Below are positions 30,670-45,538 of a stretch of DNA of 64,000 bases, piece by piece. The notes under the pieces are model-generated. The model did no database searches and had not been told where the DNA came from. It saw only the letters and a program-made list of their open reading frames with translations. The translations under genes and the position numbers were made by a program. Position 1 is the first letter of the stretch; every line of letters starts with the position of its first letter. The stretch is from Psilocybe cubensis (taxonomy: Eukaryota), in assembly GCA_017499595.2 (NCBI GenBank), contig CM039003.1:1-64000 (forward strand), in the 5' to 3' direction.

Positions 30670-33000
30670 CAAAGCGGGGTTTGAATAGACATAACCACAT
30701 CAAGGACAAACAATGCGCGACTTCGTAGTTCGTTCGTCATCTCCAGGTTCCCCAGCCGCTCGACTGACGCCAGAATCATTGCAGGAATCTAAACCGGAGA
30801 TATAGGAAGAGGGACATGCAGTCTGAGGAATAGAGGAAGGGGCGATCTAGGTGAGTGATTCATGTTTGATATGTTTTTTGTTGCTTTCGCGTACGGAATC
30901 GATACGAGGAACCCTACGGCTTTCCTCCGACCCCCCCTCCCCATCGTTATCAGCCTCATTTTCCAACTGCACTGGAAGACTTTCTACATCGAAGCCGGGA
31001 AGCCTACCCTGGGCTCATATGACAGTTGATGTGCTACCTGTGCCGTGAGGTGAATGTGTAACATTGTCCTATCCAATGCAGTAGAAATTGTGGTACATGC
31101 TATGTTGCGTTCTCAATGACATTCCCCTATATCCTCTATCGTTGATTTTTATCCTTTTTCAATATAAAAAACAAGTGCTTCGGGACATGTAGCGGTTTGA
31201 ACCGCTGTTGGCAAGCGGGTTGGAGCATGCTGCGCGGTGTAGAGTCGGATACGGGATTGGAAGGTTACGGGTCGTCTGCATCAACGGTTCGAGGTGGAGG
31301 AAGCGTTGGTATTCGTTTGTGTTTGCTCAGACTATCCACAGTCCCTGTATGTTTTCTGTCCCCACCCGCTCTTCCTGAATGCGTGCGTATAAACATGGAC
31401 GACAATGCGCCCACTCTTTTTTCAACCACTCGCACTCCCAGAGGCAGACACCGCTGCTATCTGCATTCACCTTTGTATTAGGGGTTGCAAAATATGCCCA
31501 CTCTCATCGAGTCAAGGCCTTCTTGCTATTTACCTCTGGGCGGCGGATTGCAACAAGGTGCGTCAACCTCCACCACTGCCTCCTCGACCTCCGTATCCTC
31601 TGCATCTTGTCCCTCCTAGCTTGATCAGATACAACCCCACCACTGACAATCCGAGACGCCGTCAAACGAATAGACGACACAGAGGGTCGCGTGCACAACC
31701 TTGATTGCCAGGGCGATGTGATAGAGCATGAGTGAGAATGAAGGAGCACAACGTCGAGCTTGACATGGATGCCAAACACAGCGACGACCTCTCAACCGCG
31801 CACAACGACGACTCGTCGGCACTCTGCCTGTCTCACAACCCTGCCACCACTCTCACCCGGCTTCACCCGCTCTCTGCGTTCTGTGGTTATCTCAGTCCTG
31901 GTGAGTGATAATCATCGTCTATATCCTACTTCTTTCTTCCGCTTTTCCCAGTAACGCTCTCAACCCCGCTTGATCCTAACCTTCCTCCCCACTCAACACA
32001 ACCGCTTTACCCTCGATCTCGCGCTCACCCCGCAACGCACTCCCTCCCCTTTACATTTCCTCTCATTTATGCGGCTAAACACCTGACATTCTTCCTAAAC
32101 ATTGCAACTCGCCGCACTGTGTGTGGCCTTCCACAGGCGGCGATGGTTTGATGCGCATCACACGGGTCTCGACGGACGACTTCTAATACACCTTTATGGG
32201 TGTTGAAGTTGGGATGGGCGTGGGTGTGGGCGTCAAACAGGTTGATGGGGCACACGATGCAGAACAGGGAACACGGCGAGAGAAACACACACTCAGTCCC
32301 GGATGTTGAATCCGGGTTTTATGAAGAGTTTCTGTTCGACTCATCTGCGCGTGCTACTTCTGCTAGTGTTATTTTTGGCTCTGGCTCTGGTCCTGTTTCT
32401 AGTTCTGTGCTGCTCCTGTCGAGCCCTCTCTTTCTTCTACGCTTTCAACCGCACCATCCCTCAATGAATACGTCATGAGATGCATCCCGCATTCTGATAA
32501 ACACTGACTCCACACACTTGGAACTTGAGCTGACGGCTGACTCTGCAGTCTCGGTCAGCAGCAGCAGCAGCAGCACTGCCCATCCTTGCCTGCGTCTACA
32601 TCACACTCTGTACATTTCATACTCATCGCTCATGCTCTACGTGGTGTTGAACAAGAACACAACCACGATGCCGCTTGGTCCTTGGAGCACAGGCAGGGGA
32701 TTGATCACCAGCACGAGCACTCGGCACTCGGGATGACGAGGGTGCTGTGCGGGCGACTCCCCTGCCTGGAGCTGAGCGCATATATGCGCTTCATCGTCCC
32801 ATGGAGGCGTACAGATGTAGATATGTATGGGTTTGATGTTTGAAGGGCGGATCGTGGGCAAAGTTGACCACATGTTGCTCACAGAATACAAATGCCTATC
32901 TCAAACTGCGAATTCTGAATCGAATGCGGAACGTGGTGAAGAGTTCCCCTTCTCCGCGACCTGTCCTGCGCGTTGTATCTCGGATCAGGGCTCTCGCGCA
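30670..33000 (+). repeat. Degenerate dispersed repeat family, copy 2 (boundaries approximate)
   Basis: Anchor at 30674; shared downstream blocks (CTGCACTGGAA, GGTTATCTCAGTCCTGGTGAGT). Confidence 0.55.
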
Positions 33001-33147
33001 CTTCAGCGACTTCTCGTTTGATTCCTCTGGGTTGCCCACTCATTTCTCCGCAACTTAACTTCTCAGAGATGCAGCAATTTCTGTCGTAGAGTGCCTCGAA
33101 AGCATTTAGTCCATGTATATCATCGTTCTATCCTACAAACGCATTTC

Positions 33148-34524
33148 TTATAATTCCTTATTCCAGACAATCTCTCCAGACTTGGGCAATCTTTCTGAAT
33201 CCAACACCCGCTGTTCTGCTTCTGCTGGTTGGAATGGAGTTCCGCCATTTGGTCTAACAGAAGCCACATCGTTCCAAGCGGCAACTTGCGAATCAGGATG
33301 CTGATGCACCCCAAATTGAATGGCCGTTAAATGGGAAACTGGGTTCAACGATGCTGTTGTGTGGGCAGCTGGATTAGTGAGGACAATCCTTGCCACTAGT
33401 ATCGTTGGCGCCAACCCCTATGTGGTTCATAAATTAATAACATAAATTAATAACAGACGCACTACATTGGGAAAGACACTTACCGCAATTATGACTGCAA
33501 CTGCTTGTACATAGTACAAGGCGATGTACACAGGAGCCTCCAACGATGGGAAAGACGAAGGAAGAGCTGTGATTATAGCCATGACAAGTAATATCAAAGA
33601 ATACACCGCAGCCGACTCGACAATCATCGCGGCAATGCGAATAAACCTTCTCCTATACGACAGGTTGCTGGACCTCGACGCGCGATGGATCTTGAATGCA
33701 ATGAGGAATGTAGTACTGACTGCCGTGCCAAGGATGATAAAAGGTAGAGCACTTTCAATCCTGTTACTGGCCAATATGGCACTTGAACTACTGAGTCCAT
33801 TGGCAAATAGAGCGTCAAAGATGGTCGCAGACAATGATAATCCTTTAATGGAGAGGTAAATGAGAAGGTTATCAATAAAATTTCGAGGATATTAATGTAC
33901 CAAACTCAGCAACTAAAAGGAGAAGTGGGAGTGTGATTGCCAGTATAGAGCGTCCCCACACATGGTAACATCTCCATATCTAGTTAAAGAGTATCAGCAA
34001 TACATACGAATCTTAGTGGTCAGTTTTACTGACGAGTAACCCATCCGAAATGATAAATAGTGCATAAAAGAAGATATCATTGAGGACCCGTGTGATCCAT
34101 TGAGATTGAAGGCCTCCTAATGCTCCCCAGTATATCGAGTTTGAGGTGTTGGTGTTATTCAAAACCAACCGATTCAGAAAATACCATTGCAGTATAACCT
34201 CCATGAGACAGGACAAATATAAGCTTGACATTGCCACTAGTACAACAATGTTTGTTGTACTAGACTGCCTCTTGCATACTGTATAAAAACGTATGTCAAT
34301 TGATATCCAGTGTACAAAATAATAAACATACAATAGATATACACAGTTCCTGAGTAAACCATCGTGTAAATGCCTAAAATTCTACCGATTCAGCATTCCT
34401 AATTGTTAACCAGCACTGGTGCATTACACATACCCATTAAGAAACTCAGTGCAAGTGTAGAATTAAGACTAGCGCTGATGACATCTTGTATTCCGACTGG
34501 GACTGCAATGCTAGGCGTAGACAT
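33148..34524 (-). CDS. Multi-exon basidiomycete multi-TM membrane protein of unknown function
   Basis: MSTPSIAVPVGIQDVISASLNSTLALSFLMG start; TM-rich exons at 34013-34333 and 33427-33834 (IVESAAVYS) and final exon APTILVARI; canonical introns. Confidence 0.75.
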
Positions 34525-36304
34525 AATGATGCGTAGCAGATTGCCCACACCAGATTATTCGTTCGCCTTATATACACGCTTAGGGACAGCTCTCACAACT
34601 CATGGGGGTGATATTCGGATCGGTGTTTTTAAAGTATCTCACAATGTGTCCGATGTCCATCATATACCCTCTCGAAATCACATCACGATCAATGGATTTT
34701 ATAATTATCATATTTGAGATATTTGCACACATACCCATTGAGTTGTGTCATCTTCGTTCTGTGCCACGAGACACATCCGTATCCCTGATAGATAAAGGCT
34801 CGAAACCGTCTGTTTAATAACAATATCTGACTCCATGCACTTGCAGACGCTCGTTGTTTGCGTCAAAGATAACTGATGCCAAGGTTGTACAGTATACGTC
34901 TTGTCTTGATGTATAGATACGCAACTTTCAATTGAAAAAGCATTGATATACCGGGAGCTATTGGTTATTTTTTGACCTGTGACCCATCTGATGTCTCCCA
35001 GCCACTGTCACCGCCGTAGAACGTGGAAAAGAATATTTCCCCTCCCTCCGCAAATCTCGCTCGGTCATGGGGGCCATAATCTCCGAAAGTGTTTTAATCC
35101 TTACACATTATCTAGGAGAATGATTCCGGCCCCTATCTCTCACATAACTGTTCAGAAAATTAAAGAAATGGAAGGATTAATTACCCCCAAACCCTTGTTG
35201 AGGGTTCCGTCAGTTACTCCCACATGACACGATACCTATCTATCTTCTGCAACAGAATCTGTTGGCTAATATTGCAATCTTGAATTGCACGGGCATTCTG
35301 GATTTACAGATTGATGCTTGACAAAGATTTTGTTGAAGACATTATTTTTAACATCCCAAATTGTGCACGATGCTCGTTATCAGAGGATATTTTTGATGGA
35401 TACATCACTCACAGGGCTGATTTAAAGTCATATGAACAACAAGACCCATACCGGTTGAAATCGTCGTTGACCCACATTTCGCGCCAGAGAATTCAGATAC
35501 CAAGTCTTTCCATCCAGTGCTCCAAAATGTCAAATACGCCCCTATTAATAGTATCATTAACTAGGCATAAATAACTATCCTCACAATTCCACGTGGAAAA
35601 GTCAGTATTTACTGTCATGGGTCCATGTGGCTTGAATTGATCATTTCATTGATTTGGGAACTATTTCACAGGAAGACTCGTCCACGAGTTTTCTTTTTCT
35701 ACACGTTCCGCATTTCTATCGACTTCTGTCATCTATATCCTTATTTGCATACATGACATTGGTGTCTTTCTCGGCATCAGCATTGTTCTAGCCCATTCTT
35801 CATGAAATTGTAGAGACCGCGGGGAAATAGTCAGTACTCATTGCTCTATAAGCATTCTTGATGGTGCTTGTTGGCAGTACTGTAAGTTAAATAGAGGATT
35901 TGGGTGCCTTTGAGGAGTAAAGAGGTATTTGAAGGGGTATTTATGTGTTCTCTTGGTGTGCCATTAATGTGCAATCTGATCATCGGAGACGAGTGGAGGT
36001 GTTCTTAAAATAAATAAGGCTGTACCTAGGAAGCCACCACATGCTCCCTCTGTTAACGAAGATAGCAATGTACATACATTGTCGGTTGTGTGATACAGTG
36101 CACAGCGCCCGGAGTCGAAGAAGAGTTTTCGGCTCGGAACCCTACAATGCAACATAATATCACACAAATCTCGGTAGTTTCAACTTATTTCTGAAATTAA
36201 GCTTGAATTTCCTTCAACTAGCGGTGCTGTACGTTGGTGTGGACTCGGATGCGTATAGGTTAACGAGTATTTGTAGATGCGGTGTTCGTGGGTGCGGCGG
36301 TGAG

Positions 36305-37300
36305 TGAAAGCGGAGTTTGAATGTCCTTAACAACAGCAAGGACAAACAACGTGTCGTTTGTTCATTCCCAATAACAAGACTTTCCCTCCTTGTGCTTTTC
36401 CACTTACTTCCACCTCTACTGAAGCCACTCAGAAGATGAAATTTTGAATGCAAGGCGCGTGGAACACGATAGACGCAGGGCGACAGTGGACAATGGATGT
36501 CGATGAGGCAGGGAGCCAGTTGAGGAGTCGGGGGAGGATTTCGGTGAGTACTTGCTCCTGATCGTTGTCGTGCATAAATTTCAATAGTCCACGGCAAAAA
36601 CCCCCCTTCCCTCGCTGTTCCTCTCCACTGCACTGGAACATGCAAGATATCGACGCTGTGGCACTCACACGGGGCTTATATATGACTTGTGGTATACTGT
36701 GTGCAGCGTCGTCGGTGAGATGCGTCAGTGCAGTGGAATGTGAGGTCCATGCTACCTTGTTCCATGTATCGTGTGTTATTTGGCACATACAAACTATACC
36801 TTCGTCTTTCCTACGCCGCTACACCACGCCGCTTCATCAGTTCGCCTCCCGCCCGCCCTACATTCGTGTTCCCATTATCTTCACAGGCTTCACAGGCCTC
36901 CCTAACTGTGTAATGCTTCAATCAAGGGTATCCGGGTTTCTTCGTGTCCGTTGACCTCCGGCGTGAGTCAATGATGCTAGATATAGGCCGTGTTTAACTT
37001 TGTGCTGGCTGCATACGTGGCAGAAGCACGAGTCGCGCGTCCACAGCTTTCTTGGCCTTTCAGGCCTTTTTGAGTGCGCGTGGACGTCTTTTCCTACCTT
37101 TCATTTCCCATTGCGCAGGTACTGGCGCCAGAACCCCTACCATCTCTATTCTGACGTGTCCCCGTGGCTTCCATGTGTGTCTCGCTGTTCCTATCCACCA
37201 CCTTGGAGATGAAGTTAAATGACAACGCTTGCCAAAGCAGACTGCAGAGACTGATTTGAGATCTAGTTTGCTCTGAGCGCCCGACTGCCCCTTTGTCAGG
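36305..37300 (+). repeat. Degenerate dispersed repeat family, copy 3 (boundaries approximate)
   Basis: Anchor at 36310; CCACTGCACTGGAA block near 36625. Confidence 0.55.
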
Positions 37301-37559
37301 TCAGTTCCAGTGTGCGTCGCAACCTATTTCTCAAATATAGCGCGATTTTGCGGGTGTTTTCGAACGGTGTATATCTCTAGAGCTGTAATGTCAACCCTTC
37401 TATACTTTTAGTCAAACTAGACTCGACCTCCTTCCATGCCCAGCTCAAGCGCCTTTGGCATCTCCTCGAGCACATGATCCATCACTATTTTGTCCTGTCC
37501 CCATGGCCTCGATGAGTGTCCCGCTATTCTCACCCGCAACAGGTGTATCGACATCTCCA

Positions 37560-38730
37560 TCGCTCAGAGCGCGTAGGTGACTTTAACGAGGTCAGCTCCA
37601 ATGTACGTTGCATCCTATTTTGTGAAAATTTGAATGATTTAATGCATGTTATGCACCACTTGAAACGCATATGTTGGCCTGTCTTGTAAATTATTGACGA
37701 TTGGTGACACATATATGCGCATACATTTCCAACAATCAAAAGGTAGTTCACATGTTGTGGTAACTGTTATAGCAATTGAGAACGATACCTTATCATCGCA
37801 TCCGACCCCGCTCACTGCCATGAGGCCTTTTCGGGAAGACGTTGCATTCACTGACAAGATTCAACCCGCAAAAGTATGACTAAGACTACGATTCGACTGT
37901 TCCACGTATGTCAGTAATCAATGTTTTTTTCCTGTTCCCTTTTCTCACCCTCTTAACCCTCTACTTTCCTCGTCTTTCTTTTTTACGCCAAAGTCGCCAA
38001 TGAACGGGTGCTTTCCGCTTCAACGACGCGAGATGAGCAACCGTGTATCTCAGTCTCTGTGCAGTCTTTGGGTATCAAATGTATTAGAAACCATATTCAG
38101 GAAGTCTACAAACGAGGTTCTGACGTACGGGACCCTGATCACCTGGACGCCTTTCTCTTTGACTGCGCGGTTGAATACATGAAGGTCCACATCAAGTTCC
38201 AGCCATTTCGGATTAGGTCCCTCCGCAAGATACGTTCTGATGGTTCCTTGCATCGAAGCAACATCGTAACCGACAGCCAAAGTGATCCCAGGGAGAAGAT
38301 TCCCAGATATAGTCCCAATTTGTCCTCCGCTTCCGTTTGGCCATCCACGTATGCCAACGGTGATGTCTATACAACAATTCGCAACTGCCAAATCAATTGA
38401 TCCGCGCAGCTTTTGAAGTAGAAAAGGGAAGGATCAAGTTTGATCAGTGAATAACAGTGCAGAGACGGTATGGTGTTGGTTGGTTGCGTACCCCGATCCA
38501 GATAAAGTCCACCGGGACTTCAACTTGCAGGTCCCACACTTGGAGTTTGCTCACTGGATCCCCTGAAAATTCATGAAGATCATCTGAGACGCCGTGTTGG
38601 CGAAGCCATTCGTGGACTTGTTCAGTCTCTACAGAATCGAAGTTAAATCTTGACTGAAGGATAGAACACTGCACATCCCTGCGGAAAATTGGAATGAGTA
38701 CATACCTTTCTCGACTGCGTCGTTGGACAT
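37560..38730 (-). CDS. Hypothetical multi-exon protein (3' end uncertain)
   Basis: ATG at 38730 (MSNDAVEK) followed by a GTATGT donor; coding-like exons 38444-38674 and 38050-38391. Confidence 0.4.
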
Positions 38731-39470
38731 GAGTGTAATCCAGCTGTCAATGTGGTGGAATGACTATTCAACGTTTGCGATGCCCTTTATATACTTGTTA
38801 ATACCAACTCAGTACCGTATACATGTGTGACTTCACCAGGTCACTTGCCTTTGTTGTTTGCATACGGAGATTTTCATTGTGCGGATGTTCCAGGTATCTC
38901 TACTCAAAAACTACTAAATAAACTAACTATCTCTCTTCATAATAACCCATGGGAAACGGTACCTGAAAGAACCTTTAAATCTAGGTTACACTTAGCATGT
39001 TTTTTGGTCTTACAGAGATTCCGCAACACTAGAATTGCCGTGTACAAACAAACAAGCGTTTATTTATGGCTTACCCATGCCCCTTCCAGTATCGTATTCT
39101 CATATTGCATCTCTAAATACACAATAAGGTACTTCCTGGAATCTCATCTGTATACCGCTAGCCTCTTGTAAACCTTGCCATACGGTAATTTGTACCAATC
39201 AAAGACTTTATAATTGAATGATCACGGCGATGTAATAACTCCTGAGCCAAATATGTTCATCTCCATGTTCAAAATTCCTATGTTGACTCCCGCATGGACT
39301 GCTATTATCTATGACATGCGAAGAAGATAACAGAAGATTTTACTCGGTTGTGAGGGCGTGAGTGAGACTGTTCCCCGGTGTAAGATATAATAAAACCATT
39401 GGACCACGAAGGAGTATTTAACATCAGTCCTCTCACAACAAGTCGCCAAATAACCACGCTCCTCTGAAGT

Positions 39471-41480
39471 ATGTCAGAAAGCCAAGAAGTCCCAATTGCC
39501 ACAGACTCGGAGGCAAACACGTACATCATCGTTCTACGTGACGGGGTATCGACGTCGTCATTCCTAAGATCACAGGAAGAACAAGTCAACGCATTCTCTG
39601 CTTCCTCCGTCCATGTGTTTGAGCACGTCCTGAATGGGTTTACCGGTGAGCGATTTCATGCACTGCAAGGTTGCTTTACGACTCGGGGAAACTAACGGGC
39701 CATTTTCAGGAAGTTTTTCTGAAAGCCATATTGAAAGTATAAAGGCCCACTCAGACGTCAAATACGTGGAAGCCGATGCCAAATGTTATGCATATGGACA
39801 TCAGTATGCTATTCTTCACCTTCTGTGCAGTGGTTTCAAGATATAATAAATTGTGCATGTTAGATCCGACGCAACATGGAATTTAGCAAGATTGAGTCGG
39901 ATCGCCCCACTTGAGAAAGTCGAACCCAAGTATCACTACTACTATGATACCCCAGCCGGTAGAGGTGTAGATATCTACATTGTTGGTGAGCAGCCTGATA
40001 CAAACCTTTTTGAGCAGATACATGGTATTGACGTATCTGAAACAGACACGGGTAAATTATATTACAACTGTGATCATAATATCACTTACCTGCTTTTGAT
40101 TTGACTCGATTTAGGGATTGATACATCTCATGTAAGATCGTCATTTCTCCACCCGGGTATTGGCTTTGAATTGATAATAATATAATGGTCAGCCATCCTT
40201 TGAGAATCGCGCATCTTGGGGAATAACCCTTACAGGAAAGGTAAGTTGGGAACCAATGTATACCGTTCGTCACTGAACCCTATTTTTATTGAAATTTACA
40301 GCCCAACGTAGATACCGATGGGTAAGTGCCATGATATAATTACTGTTTCAACATCTTATATCATTTTATTCCAGTCATGGTACGCACGTCGCAGGGATAG
40401 CAATGTCGAAGCAATAGTGAGTATGTAACGAACTGTCTTCAAAACCAGGATGATATAATGTGTCATTTTTTCCGTTGTAGCGGCGTTGCCAAAGAGGCAA
40501 ACGCCATAGCCGTAAAGGTCCTGGAAAATAAGTAAGTAATTGGATGATAAGTAATGTTTATAAACAACTAAACACACTGGCATCAGAGATTCCCGCACCA
40601 CTTTACTGTTTGATTAATTCCTTTCATTCGTAATAAGCTTCATTGATTATCACTTCAGTGTCAAGGTGTTAGACTGGATACTTATCAATGTCAAATTTAC
40701 CAAACGTCCAAGTATAGTCAACATGAGCATTGGAGGTGATGCAAGTCAAGCACTTGACGATTCTGTCAAAAAGGTAAGTCAGTCGATTCTTATATTTATT
40801 TCGAAATTTTTTACATAGTTTGTTATAGCTGTTTGACACAAAGATATCTGTTGTAGCCGCAGCTGGAAATGATAACAAGGATGCAAAATTCGTTAGCCCT
40901 GCTCGCTCTCCCTTTGCAATAACCGTTGGTGCAACTACCTTCCGTGATAAACGGTACAAACATTCAAACTACGGGAGTGTAGTCAATGTATTTGCCCCTG
41001 GTAACCATGATCTTATACCTACTTGACTCCTATGAGTAAACCATTTCAGGCGAGGACATAATATCAACCTGGTTGCACGGAGGGAGCACTACATACACTG
41101 GCACTTCAATGGTAGCGTCACTGACTCAGAAATTGTACATTTCATAGGCAATTAACCATGAATTACACAGGCTGCACCGCATGTATCTGGACTTATGGCC
41201 TGCCTGAAGTCTCTAGAATCAACAAGAATACCTTCAAACTTCTGGGCATACGTACATGGGGGAATATTACATGACATCCGTACGCCTTTCTTGTCTTATC
41301 AGCGTTGTATAAAAGCATGACATCAAATTGTAGCGGACAAAACACCTAACCTGCTTGCGTACAACGGATTTTACAATCTTGGTGGCTGGCCCTCGTCGGT
41401 CAGTTCGTGGCATGGATGATTAATTTTAATTTTAATCATATAACACTTTGCAGGCAGCAGATGGAGATGAGACCAATGAG
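39471..41480 (+). CDS. Subtilisin-like serine protease (S8, proteinase K type) with I9 prodomain, multi-exon; end approximate
   Basis: YIIVL..G prodomain, ATWNLARLS, GRGVDIYIV-DTG, HGTHVAG, AAGNDN, SPAR..AITVGA, GTSM-AAPHVSG catalytic triad motifs. Confidence 0.9.
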
Positions 41481-41609
41481 ACATCCCGCTCGAGTCATGA
41501 TCAGCAGTATCTCTACTCATAATTCAAAACCTGTCAACGTTTGCTCAAGCTTAAAAAAATCACATATATACACTAAGAAACACAAATATCAAACAGCTGT
41601 CGAGTCATA

Positions 41610-43130
41610 GTAATATCCAGCGTCCAGGGGCCCCCACATCCCTGATCACGGTGCAATCTCCTGAATTGAGGATATGCGCTGAGATAGTTTCATAACGTAC
41701 TCTATTCATCACAATAAATGCTCATCAGCAGTATAATTTTGCGAAGGAGAGAATGTGGCTTACCCGTCATTGTGTACCATACTCTGTTGTTTCCAACAAA
41801 GGGTACTTCCCCATAATATATGTTTCAATTTTATTAAATGTTGCCTTGTGATTGCAACAGCAGATCGCCAACATTAATACCTGTGCTGGTTTATAGATCT
41901 CCCATGGGTCCGGGCCCCAAGGCCATGCATCTTCTAGTGGAATATTATTCGGTATTTTGAGGGTTGAACGAACCACCCTGTCTGTATACTCTGCGGACGG
42001 CAGAGCATCCACTTCGTAAGGGGTTAGCACCACACTAGTACGATTGCGCCGCGCACTCCTTCGCGGAGGGGTTTCTCCAACGCGACTCTGAGTCGGACGT
42101 GACTTCGGCGCCTTGTGTGGGTGCGCGGAGGCGCCTCGCTTGCGTGCGGGGGCCTGAGGAGAATTATAAGGAATTAGTCCATGAATTTTGACTGATGAAT
42201 AAAGAGAACGTACCTTCGACGACCTGGCCTTGCCTTTGAGATGATAGGGATCCGACGTGGATGACGATGAGGAAGTTGGCGTTGAAGAGGTGGTTAGAGC
42301 ATGTGACGTAGATGAGAAGAAGTGAGCGTTTGCTGTAGCTGGAGAAGCCGGAGGCAGTGTCCATGGTGGCATGACAGAAAAGGCCGGATAAGACCTATAT
42401 GCATACAAACTTGAAGGGAAATTATGTATGTTCTTCATCTCAGAAAATTTAATATCTAGCAGTTTTAATGATAGAAAATTACGCACCGTATATCGACTAG
42501 ATGATACAGGCTGAGGGATCGGCAATGTGGCGATGGAGCCTGCAGAAGTTGACGGAATCCTCCAGCTAGATGGTGCATGGCTGGTGGTGTTACCAATGTT
42601 GAGGTAATCGGAGTCATCGTTATAATTGACGTAGGGCCCCATTTCATTGAACCCTTCCTCCGACTGCTCATCCGACAAGACTGGAAAGTCGTGCACAGAT
42701 ACGGTCTCCTTAACCTTGTCCTTTTTTCATTATTTTCGTAGCTGGGGTCCATGCTATGGTTGGTGAGCTCCTCCATGTCCGGGTACCACATATCTTCCTC
42801 TGACTCCGTCTCGGGCTCGTTGTAATTGACGTAGCGCTCCATTTCCCTGAAGCTGAACAATTCCTCTGACTGTTCATCTGACAAGATTGGAGAGTCTTGT
42901 GCAGATACAGTGTCCTTAACCTCGTCCTTAGCTGTACAGTTAACATCAGCGCGCTGGAACGACAAAGAGGGGAAAGGGACTGTATACCTTTGATCCTTGT
43001 TTGGGTATATTGAGGCATTGGCACTATATCTACAGGATCGTATATTGAGCCTGGAACCGTGCCATGTACTCGTTGATGATGGATGTATCACGTTGAAGTT
43101 TACTTTCCCCTCTCTTGCTCGTTGTGACAA
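41610..43130 (-). pseudogene. Forkhead-like domain protein pseudogene
   Basis: C-terminus KPAQVLMLAI...IETYIMGKYP...Q*R/STL*NYLS...F.R..R..G.GGPWTLD matches the forkhead pattern, with TGA stops at the conserved W (41767-69) and R (41690-92). Confidence 0.6.
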
Positions 43131-45538
43131 AGGCGTGCATTGATGTTTGATGTTGGATTGAAATGCTCGTTGGTGTACTCAATGGCACTATAGCCAATAC
43201 GAACGGGCGATGGGAATGATTGTGACGGCAATGAACTGATCAAACTGTTTGACAATGCAGTTGCGGTCAGGGCTGTAATAGTGTGGTAGGCATGACATCA
43301 TTTGCGATAACTGACAAACCATCCGACTCACTTGAAAGGCTGGCAATCTCTCGAAGAGCGTCGATCATCGTGTTTTGTAAGGCTGCGCGATATACGAGGA
43401 TTTTGGGTAGCAGTAATTCCTGCGCACAGAGAACAATGGGACTCTTATCGATGAATCTCACAGGCTCCATATGGTGGGTCTCAACCCAGACTTGTGATTT
43501 TTGCCACAACGTGTACAATATGAAAAAATATGCCGATAATTGGCCATGAAAGCTGTTCTTGTACTAATAACCTCAAATGTATCATATTTTTTATTTACAG
43601 AATGTCGCATGGTGAGTGCTTTATCAGCCATTAAGTCGCGGAGCCAACGAATCAAGATGTTGCAGCCCCTGAATCATATTCCCGGCCGTTCCCGGCATGC
43701 CACGACATTGCTCTGCCAACAACAAGACCAAACAAACGCCACTTTTCTTCACTCACCCATCACCACGTCCAATCGCACAGTCAACGACGACACGATGCCC
43801 AGCTAGAAGTTCTTGAGTATTGGCGGAAAGATTGCATCTACTGTCAAAAGAAGGCACTTGGGTATGTAGTGGTGATTTTGTGTGTGGGTAGTACAGTGCG
43901 AATGGAGCTCGGGTCGTTGAAAGTAAGTCGTTTACGATCTTTTTGAACCTGTTCTTTTTCTGAATCCACCGTCGACGATTTCTCGAGACCCTCCACTCCT
44001 AGGCTGACCACCTCCCCGTCGAATTTTGCTGATGATGCACATGAAATCCAGTTGCTCCACGAACAAGGAAGAAGCGAACGCCACGAAAACTCAGAGTCAG
44101 GAGTGTCTCCCACTCACTTTGACCGCGCGTTCATGCTCTTCTGTGTTGCCTTATCACGTCCGTCTATGATGCATTATTATCCCGCGGCTTTAGGATGTCA
44201 AATGCAGGACAGAACACGGCCTTTCGCGGCGTTCAGGTTGCAATTGATGCAGTAACAGCTTAATGCTACGGTGCACGCTGTTCTCGACGGCTGGGCCATT
44301 GTACGGCCCTTCTCAACTGATGTGTTACTTTGTGTTTCGTGAGCCCTGCGTATGAGACCCCCGTAGTCGAGCGATTTTCTCTGTCACCGTCAACGTCACT
44401 TGGGTTTCCTGTGGCCAGTAACATATCGGTATGCATACATTCACCAACAATGGCGAGTGGAGCTCACACATCGGACTCAGAGGACTCAGGTTAGTTACGA
44501 TGGCGGAACTGTGAGTGTGTTGCGCTGAGGTGATGTATGGTAAATCCATGGCAGCATCGAATGTACAGCAGGACCTTTGGCATATGTGACCAGGGTCTGA
44601 GTCACATTCTCCGTTGACCGGGTGCTCCTCATCTTCTTGAATCGCCGACATGCTTTGGCATCTTCTTTGTAACGCGGTTGGCCTCATGCTGTGAGTGGAA
44701 ATGAGTGGCAGCAAAACTATTCACACACTAAATCAGACGGTATTATTCTAAAGGGAGGTTGCTCATTGGTTAATCAACTCGTCTTCTTGTTGCCTTGGCC
44801 CGGACTAGTCTCCCGTTTCTCTCGAATCTCACCCTCTCTCCAGAACCGCAATACTGCTTAGACTAGAGAAGGATGGTAGTGTAGTATGATACCTAAAAGC
44901 CCGTGTTAGAAACATGAGTCCTCGATCGTTGTCTTAACTGTAGTGTTGGGTCATAGAGGTCTGCCTAACTGTTACACCCAAGGCCAGAAAGTCAGCTGGA
45001 ACCTAGACGAACCTCATTGTAATCAGTGGTTCTTTTTATAAATAGACCTGTGAAAAATGACACATTAACCAATCACTAGTCACTTTTTGTGTGGTGGAAA
45101 TAGGACATGAGGTGGATGCATGACAGGTCACTTCTGCCGGCACGTCAGGGCAATGGTGCGGCCGTAAGCACACAAAGACGTTGATTGTGTGTGTTCATGG
45201 GAAACAGAACACTTTTTTGCCTAAAAAGCTACAACATCATTTTATACACGAGGACTCGACTAAGAACCGAAAACATGAGAAATACCCCTTCACACTGGCG
45301 AAATATTGTTTCCCCCATTCCCTCTTCCATTGCTACCCCAAGCCCTCCCGCACAACAAAACACTAGTACATCCTGTTTGAATCATGGATTATTGTGACAC
45401 ACTCGACTGGAGCCTCTTTGTTTCCGGACTCTCCGATGGCGAGTATCTTCCATACTAGTACTTCAGCTGGATCTCTTATCGATTTTCAATGTGTTTACAG
45501 AAAGTTCAGATACTATACTACCCGGGAGCGCATCATCC

